Shown in pieces: positions 37,509 to 50,499 of a stretch of DNA of 64,000 bases (the first letter of the stretch is position 1; each line of letters opens with the position of its first letter). A program made the position numbers and the translations under genes. Origin of the DNA: Octopus vulgaris (taxonomy: Eukaryota); assembly GCA_951406725.2 (NCBI GenBank), contig OX597818.1:77500001-77564000 (forward strand), in the 5' to 3' direction. Under the pieces are notes generated by a model. It did not search any database, was not told the origin of the DNA, and saw only the letters and a program-made list of their open reading frames with translations.

Positions 37509-38534
37509 CTCTGTTGCAAGTAGTCTACAGATACTATCCTCCAGCCCTCCAGTTTCAGAGGCCTTCTCATTGGGACATGGACACTGCCTTTTCTCTTGAA
37601 TAAAAGGTTGTTTTTTTTTAAATGAGAGAAAAAGCAAAAATATAAAAAAACAAAACAGGGACAACTGATCCCCTCTGAGAAATGAATCTGAAATAGCAGG
37701 TGTATAAGTTTGTTGGAAGTCTGAATGGAGTAGCCAGAGAGTGTAATTGCATTGGTGATGTAAAGTAGATCCTTTTTTTTTTTTTATTTCATCCTAGCTA
37801 TTGTTCTGATATATTCTCACCAATGAAAGAATTTCTCTTCTAATTCTTCAAGTAGGCTACTTTGGTAACTATCGATTCACTGTTGAGAGATTTTTGTTCT
37901 TCTTCCTCATCTCTCTCTCTGTTTTTATGTCTGTTTTCTCGCCATTTCTTTATTTATCAATCATTAATTTAAAGTATTTTATTGTTTGCTGCTTTGTTTC
38001 TGGTTCATCGGAACCTGGAATCTGCTGTGAAACAGAATTGAAAGGCATTTGGAAAATAAGGAATAAATCTCAAATGGATTTTTGAGGACTTTCACATTCT
38101 ATTCAAGTATAAGAAAAGGTTGAACAGTTTTGCCATGTTGTATTTTAATCTCATTATTATATATTTTTAACAATTCTCTTGCTCATTATGTAAGTTTTTT
38201 TTTATCTCCATGAATTTTCAATAACTACTGTCAATTTTAGATTCAGTGCAAGAAAGAAGAAAAAGCATATGTAGTAGCTAAATTAATGTAGGAAGTGTAT
38301 GTGTGTGGGAGGAGCATTGAAAATTTTTAAATAAGTAATATGATAAGGTAAAAACAAAACTTTAGTCTTATTATGACTGTATCTGTAAAGTATCAACTTC
38401 ACCAAAGTTGCTAAAATGGTAATGAATGAACTGTTTAGTAAATGTATAAGAATGGCGAACATTAGAATTATTTAAATATTAAATAATACAAAGATGTTAT
38501 CTTCATGTGTGTATCTAGTGTACTATACATATAT

Positions 38535-38576
<42 letters not shown>

Positions 38577-38580
<4 letters not shown>

Positions 38581-39213
38581 ACTGATCAATAAATATCCGG
38601 ATTGTTGTTATAGTAATGAAGATAAAGCACTCAGAGTGAAGCTGTTTGGCACAGATGTGCACTAAGTTTTAACGTTCCAGCTCACGTCTGCTGTTTACAG
38701 CAATACATGGAAGGAAGGTGTGTAGCATGTGATCATCAAATTGACCATGACAGAGAAAGTTGAGCAGAGAATTTGCATCAAAGTTTGCCAAAAGCCTACC
38801 TAAGCCTACACAAAGTTTTCATTGTTCTCGACACAATCAAAGAAATCTTGTGAAACTGGAATCCAAGTGTCATTTTGGTCAGCTGAAAACAGTTTTAGCA
38901 CAAATTTGGCTGACATGCATCCCATGCCCAAATCTTCAGTGATAATGAACTGAACCGTAACTACTCTGCACATCCTCTGATAATTCATGGATTGTGATTT
39001 GCGGATTTACCCTCACAGCTGCATGCACATCTGCGATGTTTTTCTCAGTTCTGCTGGCTGTAGGCTTCCCAGAATGTTTGTCAATATCAACATTTTTTGG
39101 GCCATCTTGGAAATGTCTGAACCATTTGTACAGTTGTGTGCTGCTCATGCACTCCTCTCGATACATGTTTTGCAACTTTGCGTAAACTTCTGAACAGGTT
39201 TCAAGTATGATGC
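38577..39213. mobile_element. Mariner relic with an internal inversion
   Basis: TIR-like GGACTGATCAATAAATATCCGG; + strand MTEKVEQRICIKVCQK from 38747; continuation ETCSEVYAKLQNMYREECMSSTQLYKWFRHF...SAKFVLKL on the minus strand from about 39210 to 38806. Confidence 0.8.
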
Positions 39214-40734
39214 TAGTCTTCGGGCATAGGAATTTGAATCCTGTGGCTGAAGATTAGCATCATGCTTGAAACTCAGTGTACCAAGGAGTCTGAATCAAAC
39301 TGTTTTGTTCCAGTTTATATATAAAGTGTAGGAATGGCAGCATTAAGAAGTTTGCTTCTCAGCCATGTGGTTTCCAATTCAGTCCTATTGTGTAGCACCT
39401 TGGGTAAGTGTATTCTACCCAGGTCCTAGGCCAACCAAACCCTTGGCAGTGGATTTTGTAAACTGGAAAAAAAACCAACATGTGAGTATCTGTATATATT
39501 TGTATGTATATATGTTGTATGTAAAAGTGTGTTGTGTTGACATCTTTGCTTACGTATACGAAAGTTTTTATGTTTGAGCAGTGTTGTTGTTGGCACTTCT
39601 GTCAATAAATCATCTGCTCACTTTGTGCCTTTGAAATTGTGTGGAATAAAAGAGATTTTTTACTTAAAAAGAGCTGGCATCAGGAAGCGGATTCAGCTCT
39701 GTAAAGGAGACCCTCAGTAACATATTTATCTAACCTATGCTTGCATAGAAAAACTGACATAAAACCAAATGAACAAATAAACACTGGCATGGCTGTGTAG
39801 TTATGGTGCTTGCTTCACAACTGAATTGCTTCAGGTTTGGTCCCTGTATATAGGCTGGTGCCTTCTTCTGTAGCATCAGGTAGCCAATGTCTTGTAAGTG
39901 AAAGTAGCTGATGGAAAGTGTGTGGAAGCTTGTCACGTGTGTGCATGTAGAAATGTCTTTTTGGTGTGTTGCCATTAGGAGTGTCAAAGTAAAAGGTAGT
40001 GATATTGTTTACTTTGTCTGAAGGATTAATGCCATAGTTTTTACAGACATGTGACAACCAGTTGAATGAAAAATAAATTAATTGAAAAGACAAAAAAGAG
40101 AAGAAAGAAACATAAGGGTGCTGGTCAGAGGAAGAACATCTGGCCATGAAATATCTGGCTCATTTCCAAATCAGGAAGATAAAACGAGTGTAAAAACAAT
40201 GACAGTGATGATGCTGTCATCTTACAATAAAGTAAAATCGTTTACGTTTCAATTCTGTATGAAACTGCTGAGACAATTTCAGTATTTATGAGAAGAAATA
40301 TATTCACTGGACATTCTTACGGTATTCTGGCACTGTTGTAATACTAAAACTCTGTATATTTTATTGACTTCTATAATAGCCTTTTTCATTATGTCTGTTC
40401 TCATTTATGAAAGTCAGCATGTTCAATGTAAAAATCTAATGTTTGAAATGGTTTTTAACATTTCTGACACAAAACTGTTTACATTTTGATCAGCAATGTT
40501 ATTTTTAGTGAAACATTCTCTTTAAATTGATTTTGTTGTTTTCCAGTGTTTAGCTCTGTCTTATTCCTAGTAAACTGCAACATTTATGCTGTTTCTCTAA
40601 GTTCATAGTTTTTGGTTATCATGGTTGATGTTTAAGAGTTCTGACACACATATGTTTAGTTTATGTACAAGTGTATGCCTGTACATACCCACAAATAGAT
40701 ACCTCTTTCTGTGTCTATCTATGCAGTTCTCTCA

Positions 40735-40816
<82 letters not shown>

Positions 40817-40879
40817 TTATGGATGTATATATGTATATATATATATATATAAATATATATTTATATAAAATAAAATAAA

Positions 40880-41110
40880 TGCACCCTTTTAAAGCCTAGC
40901 CAAGCTCATGGGCCCGGTTTCCTGGTTTCAAAGGTGTATGTGTTCCCCAGCCGGACAGGACACCAGTCCATCACAGTGTTACTAATTTTTGCCAGCTGAG
41001 TGGACTGGAGCAATGTGAGATGAAGTGTTTTGCTCAAGAACACAACGCGTCACCCGGTCCAGGAGTCGAAACCACAATCTTACGATCATGATGCTGACAC
41101 CCTAACACCT
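40880..41110 (-). mobile_element. SINE family C-related copy
   Basis: GCCAGCTGAGTGGACTGGAGCAATGTGAGATGAAGTGTTTTGCTCAAGAACACAACGC. Confidence 0.75.
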
Positions 41111-41154
41111 CCACACACACACATATATACATACATACATATACACATATATAC

Positions 41155-41468
41155 GCATGGTTCAGTGGTTACAGCATCAAGCTTACAAATGTGAGGTTGT
41201 GAGTTCAATTCCCCTACCGGGCTGCGCGTTGTGTTCTTGAGCAAGAATCTTTATTTCACGTTGCTCCAGTTAACTCAGCTGTAGAAATGAGTTGCGGCAT
41301 CACTTGTACCAAGTTGTATTGGTCTTTGCTTTACCCATGGATAATATCAGTGGTGTGGAGAAGGGAGGTTGGTATGCATGGGCAACTGCTAGCCTTCCAC
41401 AAACAACCTTGCCTCAGAGGGTAACTTTCTAGGTGCAATTCTATGGTCATTCATGACTGAAGGGGTCT
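41155..41468 (+). mobile_element. SINE family C, full length
   Basis: Homologous to 37205-37508. Confidence 0.8.
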
Positions 41469-41473
41469 CAAAA

Positions 41474-41504
<31 letters not shown>

Positions 41505-41661
41505 CGCACATATACTTTTATTTGTTTCAGTCATTTGACTGCGGCCATGCTGGAGCACAGCCTTTAGTCGAACAAACCAACACCAGGACTTATCTTTGTA
41601 AGCCTAGTACTTATTCTTTTGGTCTCTTTTATATAATATAATATAACATAATATTTTATAA

Positions 41662-42023
41662 GTGCAGGGTTGGCTGTGTAATAAGAAGTTTGATTTTCAA
41701 CCACATGGTTCTGGGTTCAGTCTCACTGTAGCATCTTGGGCAAGTGCCTTCTATTATAGCATGAAGATGATCAAAGCCTTGTGAGTGGATTTAGTAGATG
41801 GAAACTGAGGGTAGGCTATTGTATGTATATATGTATGTCTTTGTGTCTGTTCCCCAACCACCACCATCACCACCACCTAGCAACTAGTATTGGTGCGTTT
41901 ATGCCCACATAACTTAGTGGTTGGGCTAAAGAGACTGATAAAATAAGTATCATCCTTTAAAAAATAAAATAATTAAAAAAAATTTTTAAGCACAAATCTA
42001 ATGGCTGAAACAAGTGAAGGATA

Positions 42024-42025
<2 letters not shown>
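41662..42025 (+). mobile_element. SINE family A composite
   Basis: Head GGCTGTGTAATAAGAAG..., tail ending GAAACAAGT. Confidence 0.7.
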
Positions 42026-42071
<46 letters not shown>

Positions 42072-42697
42072 TTACTCTTTGATCTTATGTTTTGACTCTT
42101 CATAGTTTTATATTATTCAGTTTTTGATGGGTAGTGTCCAGTCTTTTGTAAATATGTGCAGGTGTTTCTCCATGCCACTAATGGCTCAGATCTGTTTGAC
42201 TAATGTGTTCTTCCCTTTTTTCCTTTCAGTCCCTGTCATTCTCAGTTCTTCACTGAGATGTTTTGTACTTTATAGAATCATACAATAAGACACTGACTTT
42301 TGATAGGTGTCAACTCATCAGCAAAGTTGCTCACAGTGGAAAGGTCAAACTGGAGAGACTGACATGGGTCTCATGACTGCTTTAGTGATTTCTCTTTTTT
42401 TGTTTTATTTTTATGTTTTAGTAGTTTCAGTCAATGGACTACAAACATCTAAGGTTTTACTTGATTATATCAATGCTCATACTTTAATTGCTACATGTTG
42501 CATCAAGCTCAAAATTAAATCAACTTAGATGTAAAGGGACATAATGTAGACAGAACTAAATATTGGTTTCAAATTTTAGCACAATGGATGAAAGGCAAAG
42601 TTAGTCTTGGCAGAATTTGGGTGTTGAAGTTTAGAGATTGCTTTGATCATGGTTGTTATTTTGCAGGGTATGTATGTATGTGTGTATGTAAATGTAT

Positions 42698-42735
<38 letters not shown>

Positions 42736-44559
42736 CTTTATGTTGTTGTTAAATATCATTTATGTGCAATTCTTTTGGTTTAGTTGTAAGAATTTGTCAT
42801 TGAAATAATTCTGTAAAATATAGAATAGTTGACATTTAGATAGGGAAAGGTATGGGGGAATAAAGAAGCCATGGAATTTTTCCCTGTTGATGTTTTCAAT
42901 ACTTCCAAACATGATTTTTGTTATGTTGTGTCATGCATTATTATCATGATGGAACATCATACCTTTGAGGTTCACTAAAGTAGGACTCTTAATTATGTTG
43001 ATGTTCTTGGCAGAGATGCTCAACAGGAAACTGAAGATCTGCCAAAGCTAATGGATGATAAAGATTCTGGACATAGGGTTATGGAATGCATCTTAAGATG
43101 GCAATTGGTGATAATTCCAACTGAAATTGTATCATGAACCTTTAATTATTTGTGGGCTTCTCCTTCAGGGTCTTTAACAATTAGTTATCTATAGGGCTTG
43201 CCTTGTATATATTAAAATATCTATTACATAAAACAAGAGTAAAATTATAATGAGGGCATCCTGCTGTAGAAAGCATGCTAATGCAGACATTGGAGCTAAA
43301 TGTAGTCTTTTGACCCATTAGAGCTTGTCAAACTGCTGCTCATGCTATGATATAAGATAGACATAAAATAATGTTGCTAGTGTTGATGATGATGATGAAA
43401 GAGAGAAAGTAATTTAGTTTTTGAGGAAGATTACAATTCTAGATGAACAAATCATTGACTTGACTCTCTGAATTGACATGGTTTGAAACTCTGTCGACAT
43501 TCAAGCTAAAAAAAGTTTATTATGTATCTGCAGTTTGGCTTCATGCTAATTCATAGATACAGTAGAAACAGTCTTACATAGGAATTTATGCAAATCTATT
43601 ATTGCTTGTAATAAATACGAGGATGTTGTTGTTGTTGGCTGTGAAAGTATGATTCACTTAGGGCTGCTGGCTGCTGTCAACTTGGTTGTGAAGTAGAGAG
43701 AGAGAGGGTAGGTGATGGATACCATCTCTTCTAACAGTCAAATTTTCTTGTTAAAGTTATATTTATTGTTATCATTATTACTTTTAGTTTCTGTGCAAGC
43801 TACATATATTTTCTCAGCATGTTTTCTTGTCCTTAAAAAAGCATTTTTTTTTTTTACTTAATTAACTGTTTATTGAAAAAAAAAAGAAACTATAAAAACT
43901 TACAATTTAATTAGCTGTGTGTATTTTCAGTTAAGCCTTACAGGTGAGACTTGACTATAAAATTACTCAAAGATATATTGCATTGTAATACGAGAAGTAG
44001 TGTTTGTACATGCTTTTTTAAGACTGCCATATGAGCAAAAGCATTTCTGGATCTTGGGATGGGCAAATATTTCTCTAAAGTATTGCAGTTGAAATTTTGA
44101 TATCACTCCTCATTTATTGGTGAAAAAAACAAAAACAAATAAAAGAAACAAAGATTCTCTATGGAGAGACCACTAATAAATAAGTTGTTGCTCGTGTTTT
44201 AACAGTATAAATCATTGGCCAATTATCATTAATAATAACAATGATAATAATGATGATGATGATCATTATCATCATCATTTAATGCTTGTTTTCCATGCTG
44301 ACATGGGTAGGACTGTTTGATAGGAGCTGGCAAATCAGAGGGCTGCACCAGGTTCCAGTCTGCTTTGATTTAGTTTCTATGACTGGATGCCCTTCCTAAT
44401 GTAAACCACTTTACAGAGTGTACTTGGTAATTTTTATGTGATAACACATGTGCCTTCTGTGTGGTACCAGCATGGATGCTTTGTACATAGCACTGGCATG
44501 GTGCTTTTTACTTGGTGCTAGCACAAGTACTTTTCACATGGCACCGGCATGGGTGCTTT

Positions 44560-44920
44560 CACAAGGCCTGAAATTTTGGGAGAGAGGGGTCATCAATTAT
44601 ATCAACCCTAGTGCATGCCTGGTACTTATTTAATCAATTCCTGAAAGGATGAAAGGCAAAGTCAACTTTGGCAGAATTTGAACTCAAAATGTAAGGACAG
44701 ATGAAATGCTGCTAAAGATTTTGTCCAGCATGTTAATGGTTCTACCAGCAATTTTCAGAAGTGGGAGGAGGGACTGGTTACATGGACCCCAGGACTTGAC
44801 TGGTACTTTATTTTATCAACCCTAGAGGGATGAAAGGCAAAGTCAACCCTGGCAGGATTTGGACCCAGAATGAAGAACTAGCACAAATAGATTCTAACCA
44901 ACTCTCTAACAATTCTGCCT
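44560..44920 (-). mobile_element. Tandem SINE family B copies
   Basis: GATGAAAGGCAAAGTCAAC occurs twice. Confidence 0.7.
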
Positions 44921-46290
44921 CTTCACTTGGAAAGGAAATGTCTTATACTATTTAAAGTGTTTTTTCCCCTCCATTTATTATCATAAAAAAAAACCCAGTT
45001 CATAAAGTGAGTTTTTATGGAGCACCAAAGTTAAGTAGTAGTAAATTGATTCTTATGAAATTTGTACCAGCTGGATTGCAAGCATGTTGTACTGGCTGAC
45101 TTATAGGAACTGATTGGATGTTGAAACATAAATTGGTTGATTTGGGCTGGAACCACCTATATAACTGTGTATTAGTTATTTAGGTGATATCAGGCACAGG
45201 TATGGCTGTGCAGTTAAGTTTGATTTGCAACCATGTTTTGTTTCTGGTTCAAGCCCACTGTATGACCTCTTGATCAAGTGTCTTCTGCTTCAACCCCAGA
45301 CTGACCAAAACCTTAAGTAAATTTGGTAGATAGAAACTTAACTGGTTTTGGAACATGAAGCTTTGATGGAAGGTTTTAATTGAGATCACTTTGAAATAGA
45401 AAGTTTGTATCAATGAACCAACCAAGGACAAAGCTTGTGCTGGTTAGTCCCAAAAAGGTTAAACTTGGGCAGGTTCCTGTTGGAAAAAAATGTAGGTATT
45501 TTTTTATCTCTTTCAGTAAGTCACAGGGACTAACATTGGTTGTCAAGTTGTGGTGAAGGACAAAGACACACTCGTGCACACACACACACACACCTGGTTT
45601 CTTTCGGTTTCCATTCACCAAATCCTCTCACAAGGCTTTGGTCAGTCCAAGGCTATAGCAGAAGGCACTTGCTTAAAGTGCCAGGTAGTGGAACTGAACC
45701 TTGAATCATGTGGTTAGTTAGCAAGCAAGCCTCTTACCACCCAGCCATGCTACACCTGCATGAAAAAAGAATTCAGAAAACTCCAGTTCTGGAAAGAAGT
45801 GCTTGAAACTTAATGCAAGTTTTAGTTATGATGAGATGAAAAGGGGTGTGTACACTAGGTAAACCTGAGTGGAAGTAATATGTTACTACTATTTCAGGCC
45901 AGAACCCAACCTCTGGACATCAATAATATAAGAACTGAGGAGGTTTTATTGACTACACTCCTTTCTCAAAATCATTGGCCCTATGCCAATGATAGGAATT
46001 CATCTTAAAGCAAACTTACTTCCTTATCGCTATAGAGTGATGGGTATTTGATAAAACAAAAATACCTAAGTGTACAACAGAAATTCTCTGAGCTTCAAAA
46101 ACAAGTTGTAGATGGATTGGTCTGATGGTTAATTAGCTGTGTAGGATGTTTTATTTATTTGAAATAGAGAAAATTTTATCAGCAAATAATCCAGTCAACA
46201 GGAACTGCATCTACACACTGGCTATCAAGTATATTTCAAACTATCTGCACTTAATAAACCAACTTTCTATCATATTATTAGGTTATTTGA

Positions 46291-46712
46291 AAGGCAGCAA
46301 GCTGGCATAAGCTTATGCCAGGAAAAATGCTTAGCAGCATTTCTTTTGACTTTTTGTTTTGAGTTCAAATGCTGCCAGGGTTGATAAAATTAGTACCAGC
46401 TGAACACTGGGGGCGGACGGGAAATGTAATTGGCTTATCCCCTCCCCAAAATTACTGTCCTTGTGCCAACATTTTGAATCAATATCAGGTTATTTGTAAG
46501 ACAGCGAGCTGTTAGAAACATTACCATGTCAGGCAAAATGCTTAACAGCATTTCGTCTGTCCTTGTATTGTGAGTTCAAATTCCACTGAGGTCAACTTTG
46601 CCTTTTGTTCTTTCAGTGTCAAGAAAGTAAGTACCATTTGGTCATTTGGATTGATGCAGTTGACGTACTCACTCTCACAAAATTGCTGGCTTTGTGCCAA
46701 AATTTGATTCAA
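46291..46712 (+). mobile_element. Two SINE family B copies, separated and flanked by the same 14-bp direct repeat
   Basis: TATYAGGTTATTTG at 46276, 46483 and 46713. Confidence 0.75.
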
Positions 46713-46736
46713 TATTAGGTTATTTGTTTTTGTGTA

Positions 46737-47882
46737 TCAGGTCATCCCATAAGTTTTGTCTGAATTTTGAATATCTAAAACTCAATGTAAAACTCTTTTG
46801 GTTTCAAAGCAAAGAACTCTGAAAAGTCAGTTTCGACCTCCTCCTGGCTTACGAAAGCTATGTTCCCCAAATGATTTTGTAAACTACGAAACAAATGGTA
46901 GTCTGAAGGATCAAGGTCAGGAGAATGAGGTGGATGAGGAATTTTTTCCCAACCAAGCTCTTTGATCTTCTGTTATGTGATCTTTGCAATGTGGGGTTGC
47001 ACATTGTCCTGATGAAACATCACTCCTTTTCGATTCACTAAAGCAGGTCTTTTTTTCTTCAAAGCTTGGTTCAAACGCTCTAATTGCTGACAGTAGACTT
47101 GAGCATTGATTGTTGCATTAGGTTGTAATGATTCAAAGTAAATTACTTCTTTGCAATCCCACCAGATAGAGAGAAGAAGCTTTTTTCCCTGAAGTTCCCT
47201 TCTCAGTTGTGGTTGAGCTTTTTCCCGTTTACCAAGCCACTGTTTACAACGTTTAACAGTTCGATAAAAGATCCATATTTCGTCAGCAGTCACAAGGGTA
47301 AAATGAGTCCGCGAGAATGGAGAGAAGAGCAGATGTCAACTCAGGATTTGCAGTTGCTTTCAGACAATTCATGAGGCAGCCATTTCCAAGTTGTTGAAGA
47401 TGATAATGAACAGTTGTATGGTTTGAACTAAGCTTTATTGCCAATTCTTCAACATGCAGGATTTTCTTGTAATGCCTCAAGGAGCTTATCATCAAACTCA
47501 ACTGGATGTCCTGTTTGATCTTCATCTTCAAGGCTAAAATTTCCACTTCTGAATTTTGTAAACCATCTTCTGCATGTTACTTCATTCAAGCATTCTTTCC
47601 CATAAACTGAGTGTATGTTTTGAGTTGCTTTGGCTGCAGAGTTTCCTTTTTTGTACTCATAAAGCATTGTGCCTTAAATGCTCTTTGGATACTTCCATGT
47701 TAGAAAGGGTTTTAATCAAAAAGATTTTAATTCTATTATTCTGTAAAATAATATTTAATTAGTTTGAATGTACTCAAATGCATAAAAATAATTTTTAATT
47801 CCATTAGACATTCTAAAATACTATTAAATTTCATTCAATTTTAAAAAAGGTAAAATCAGACAGAACTTATGGGCTGACCTGA
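46737..47882 (-). mobile_element. Near-full-length mariner (DD34D) with a pseudogenised transposase
   Basis: TIRs TCAGGTCATCCCATAAGTTTTGTCTGA / TCAGACAGAACTTATGGGCTGACCTGA with TA on both sides. Minus strand from 47698: MEVSKEHLRH / MLYEYKKGNSAAKAT...WFTKFRSG, TADEIW, FHQDNVQPH, HPPHSPDLDPSDYHLF. Frameshifted, with stops. Confidence 0.93.
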
Positions 47883-48304
47883 TATATTACATTTTCCTTT
47901 GTTAATTGACAGCAGTATTTAACTGTAATTTACATTAAGAGTAAAAGATAAAGCTAATTGTTTAATTAATCTCTCTGTCTATGTCTTTGTATATCCCTTT
48001 CTCTCTTTACACATGCTCCATTTCCCTCCCTCTCTCCTTGTCTGTGTAATTTACTGAATTCTCTTTTTTTGTTTGTTTGTCAAACTAAACTTTATATTTC
48101 TATCTATCCATACATACATACATACATATATATATATCATATATCTATCCTAGATACACACACACACATACATACAGTTACTGAGATGCCTGACAGTAGA
48201 CACAAGCTCTAGGTAACTGAATAAGCAATTGAACCTCCCCATACAGCTAAATCAAAGGGCAAGACCTATCGTACACACACTCACTGTAGCTATATCTATC
48301 TGTC

Positions 48305-48545
48305 TTGCAGTGGAACACAGGAATTAAATGCAAAGGATGTGCAAAAACTGGAAATAGATGGAGAAAGCATGCTCTGTTGAATGTATAATGTTAGCATGTA
48401 TAGATGACTGGGCTCAATTGAGCTGAGAGAAAAACTGGGTATGAGAAGAGTCAGCTGTAGGGACCGTGCTGATCTGGACATGTGATGAATATAAGGATGG
48501 CTATTGAGTAAAGGAGTGTTATGCAACTAAGTGGAAGGAACCTGC

Positions 48546-48547
<2 letters not shown>
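48305..48547 (+). mobile_element. Decayed RTE LINE ORF fragment
   Basis: ELNAKDVQKLE...SMLC*MYNVS...ELREKLGMR. Confidence 0.6.
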
Positions 48548-48609
<62 letters not shown>

Positions 48610-48711
48610 AACAGACACAGGCAGTAGTAGTGAAGGTTTATTTAAGGAGCTGTCAAGGGTCTGCAACATGTGCCAAGACACTGCTGGAAATGACTCTTCT
48701 AACCCATCCTT

Positions 48712-49022
48712 TTTATTCTTTCACTTGTTACAGTCATTAGACTGCAGCCATGCTGGGGTACCATCTTGAAGAATTTTTAGGCAAAATAAATGAACCCCAG
48801 TACTTTTTTTAAGGCCTGGTACTTATTTTATCGATCTCTTTTGCCAAAACACTAAGTTACAGGTAGGTAAACATACACATGCATATGGTGGGCTTCTTTC
48901 AGTTTCCTGTTACCAAATCCACTCACAAGACTTTAGTTGGCCTGATATAGTAGAAGACACTTGCCCAAGGTGCCACACAGTGGGACTAAACCTGGAACTA
49001 TGTGGTTGGGAAGCAAACTTCT
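48712..49022 (-). mobile_element. SINE family A composite
   Basis: Reverse complement of parts of 49120-49857. Confidence 0.8.
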
Positions 49023-49119
49023 TTTTAATTTATTGTCTATTATTCATATTTGATTAGCACTAATATTCCTACAGGTTTTACTCAACATAAAAAAAAAGAA
49101 ATTTTCTTCCAGTTCCTAG

Positions 49120-49857
<738 letters not shown>

Positions 49858-50499
49858 AATTGTGACATGTAAATATTGAGACAATCTAGCTTGTAACTGA
49901 GTCTTGATAGATAGAACTGAAATTGAATACATAGAAAGTCACTTCACCTTATCTAACTAAGATCTCCATGTCTAGTATGCACTATTTCATGTATTATTCT
50001 TGCTTTATTTTTATGATGCTCTACCTGTTTGTAGTTAAATGCCTGCTAGTATAAACCACAACAATGGAATCAGCAACATTTGTTGCTGTGTTTCTATGGG
50101 ATATCCCTCCTACCATTTTTATATGTAAGGAATTCCCTACTTACTCATTCATTATTTGGGTGTGTGTGTGGTGGTGGGGTGGAATTTACCCCTTCTCTAT
50201 TGCTCTTTTTTTTTCTTCTTACTCTCCAGCACTTTTTTCTCCTTTTTCCTGTTACTTTCTAGCTATTTTTTTCCCCTATTATTTTGCAGTGGGATGAATT
50301 CCTTTTTTTCCCCTCTGTTTTTTTTCTTGTCTTACTCATTTGATTCTCTTCAATATTTCTTAATATCTCCATTTATCTATCCTCTGTATTCTGTACCTTG
50401 CTTTTCATTCATTCTAAACAGAACATAATTCCCTTCTTGTACTTCCACATCTCTCCACCACCTGCTATAATGATCCTTCATTCTTCCTTAAATCACCAC

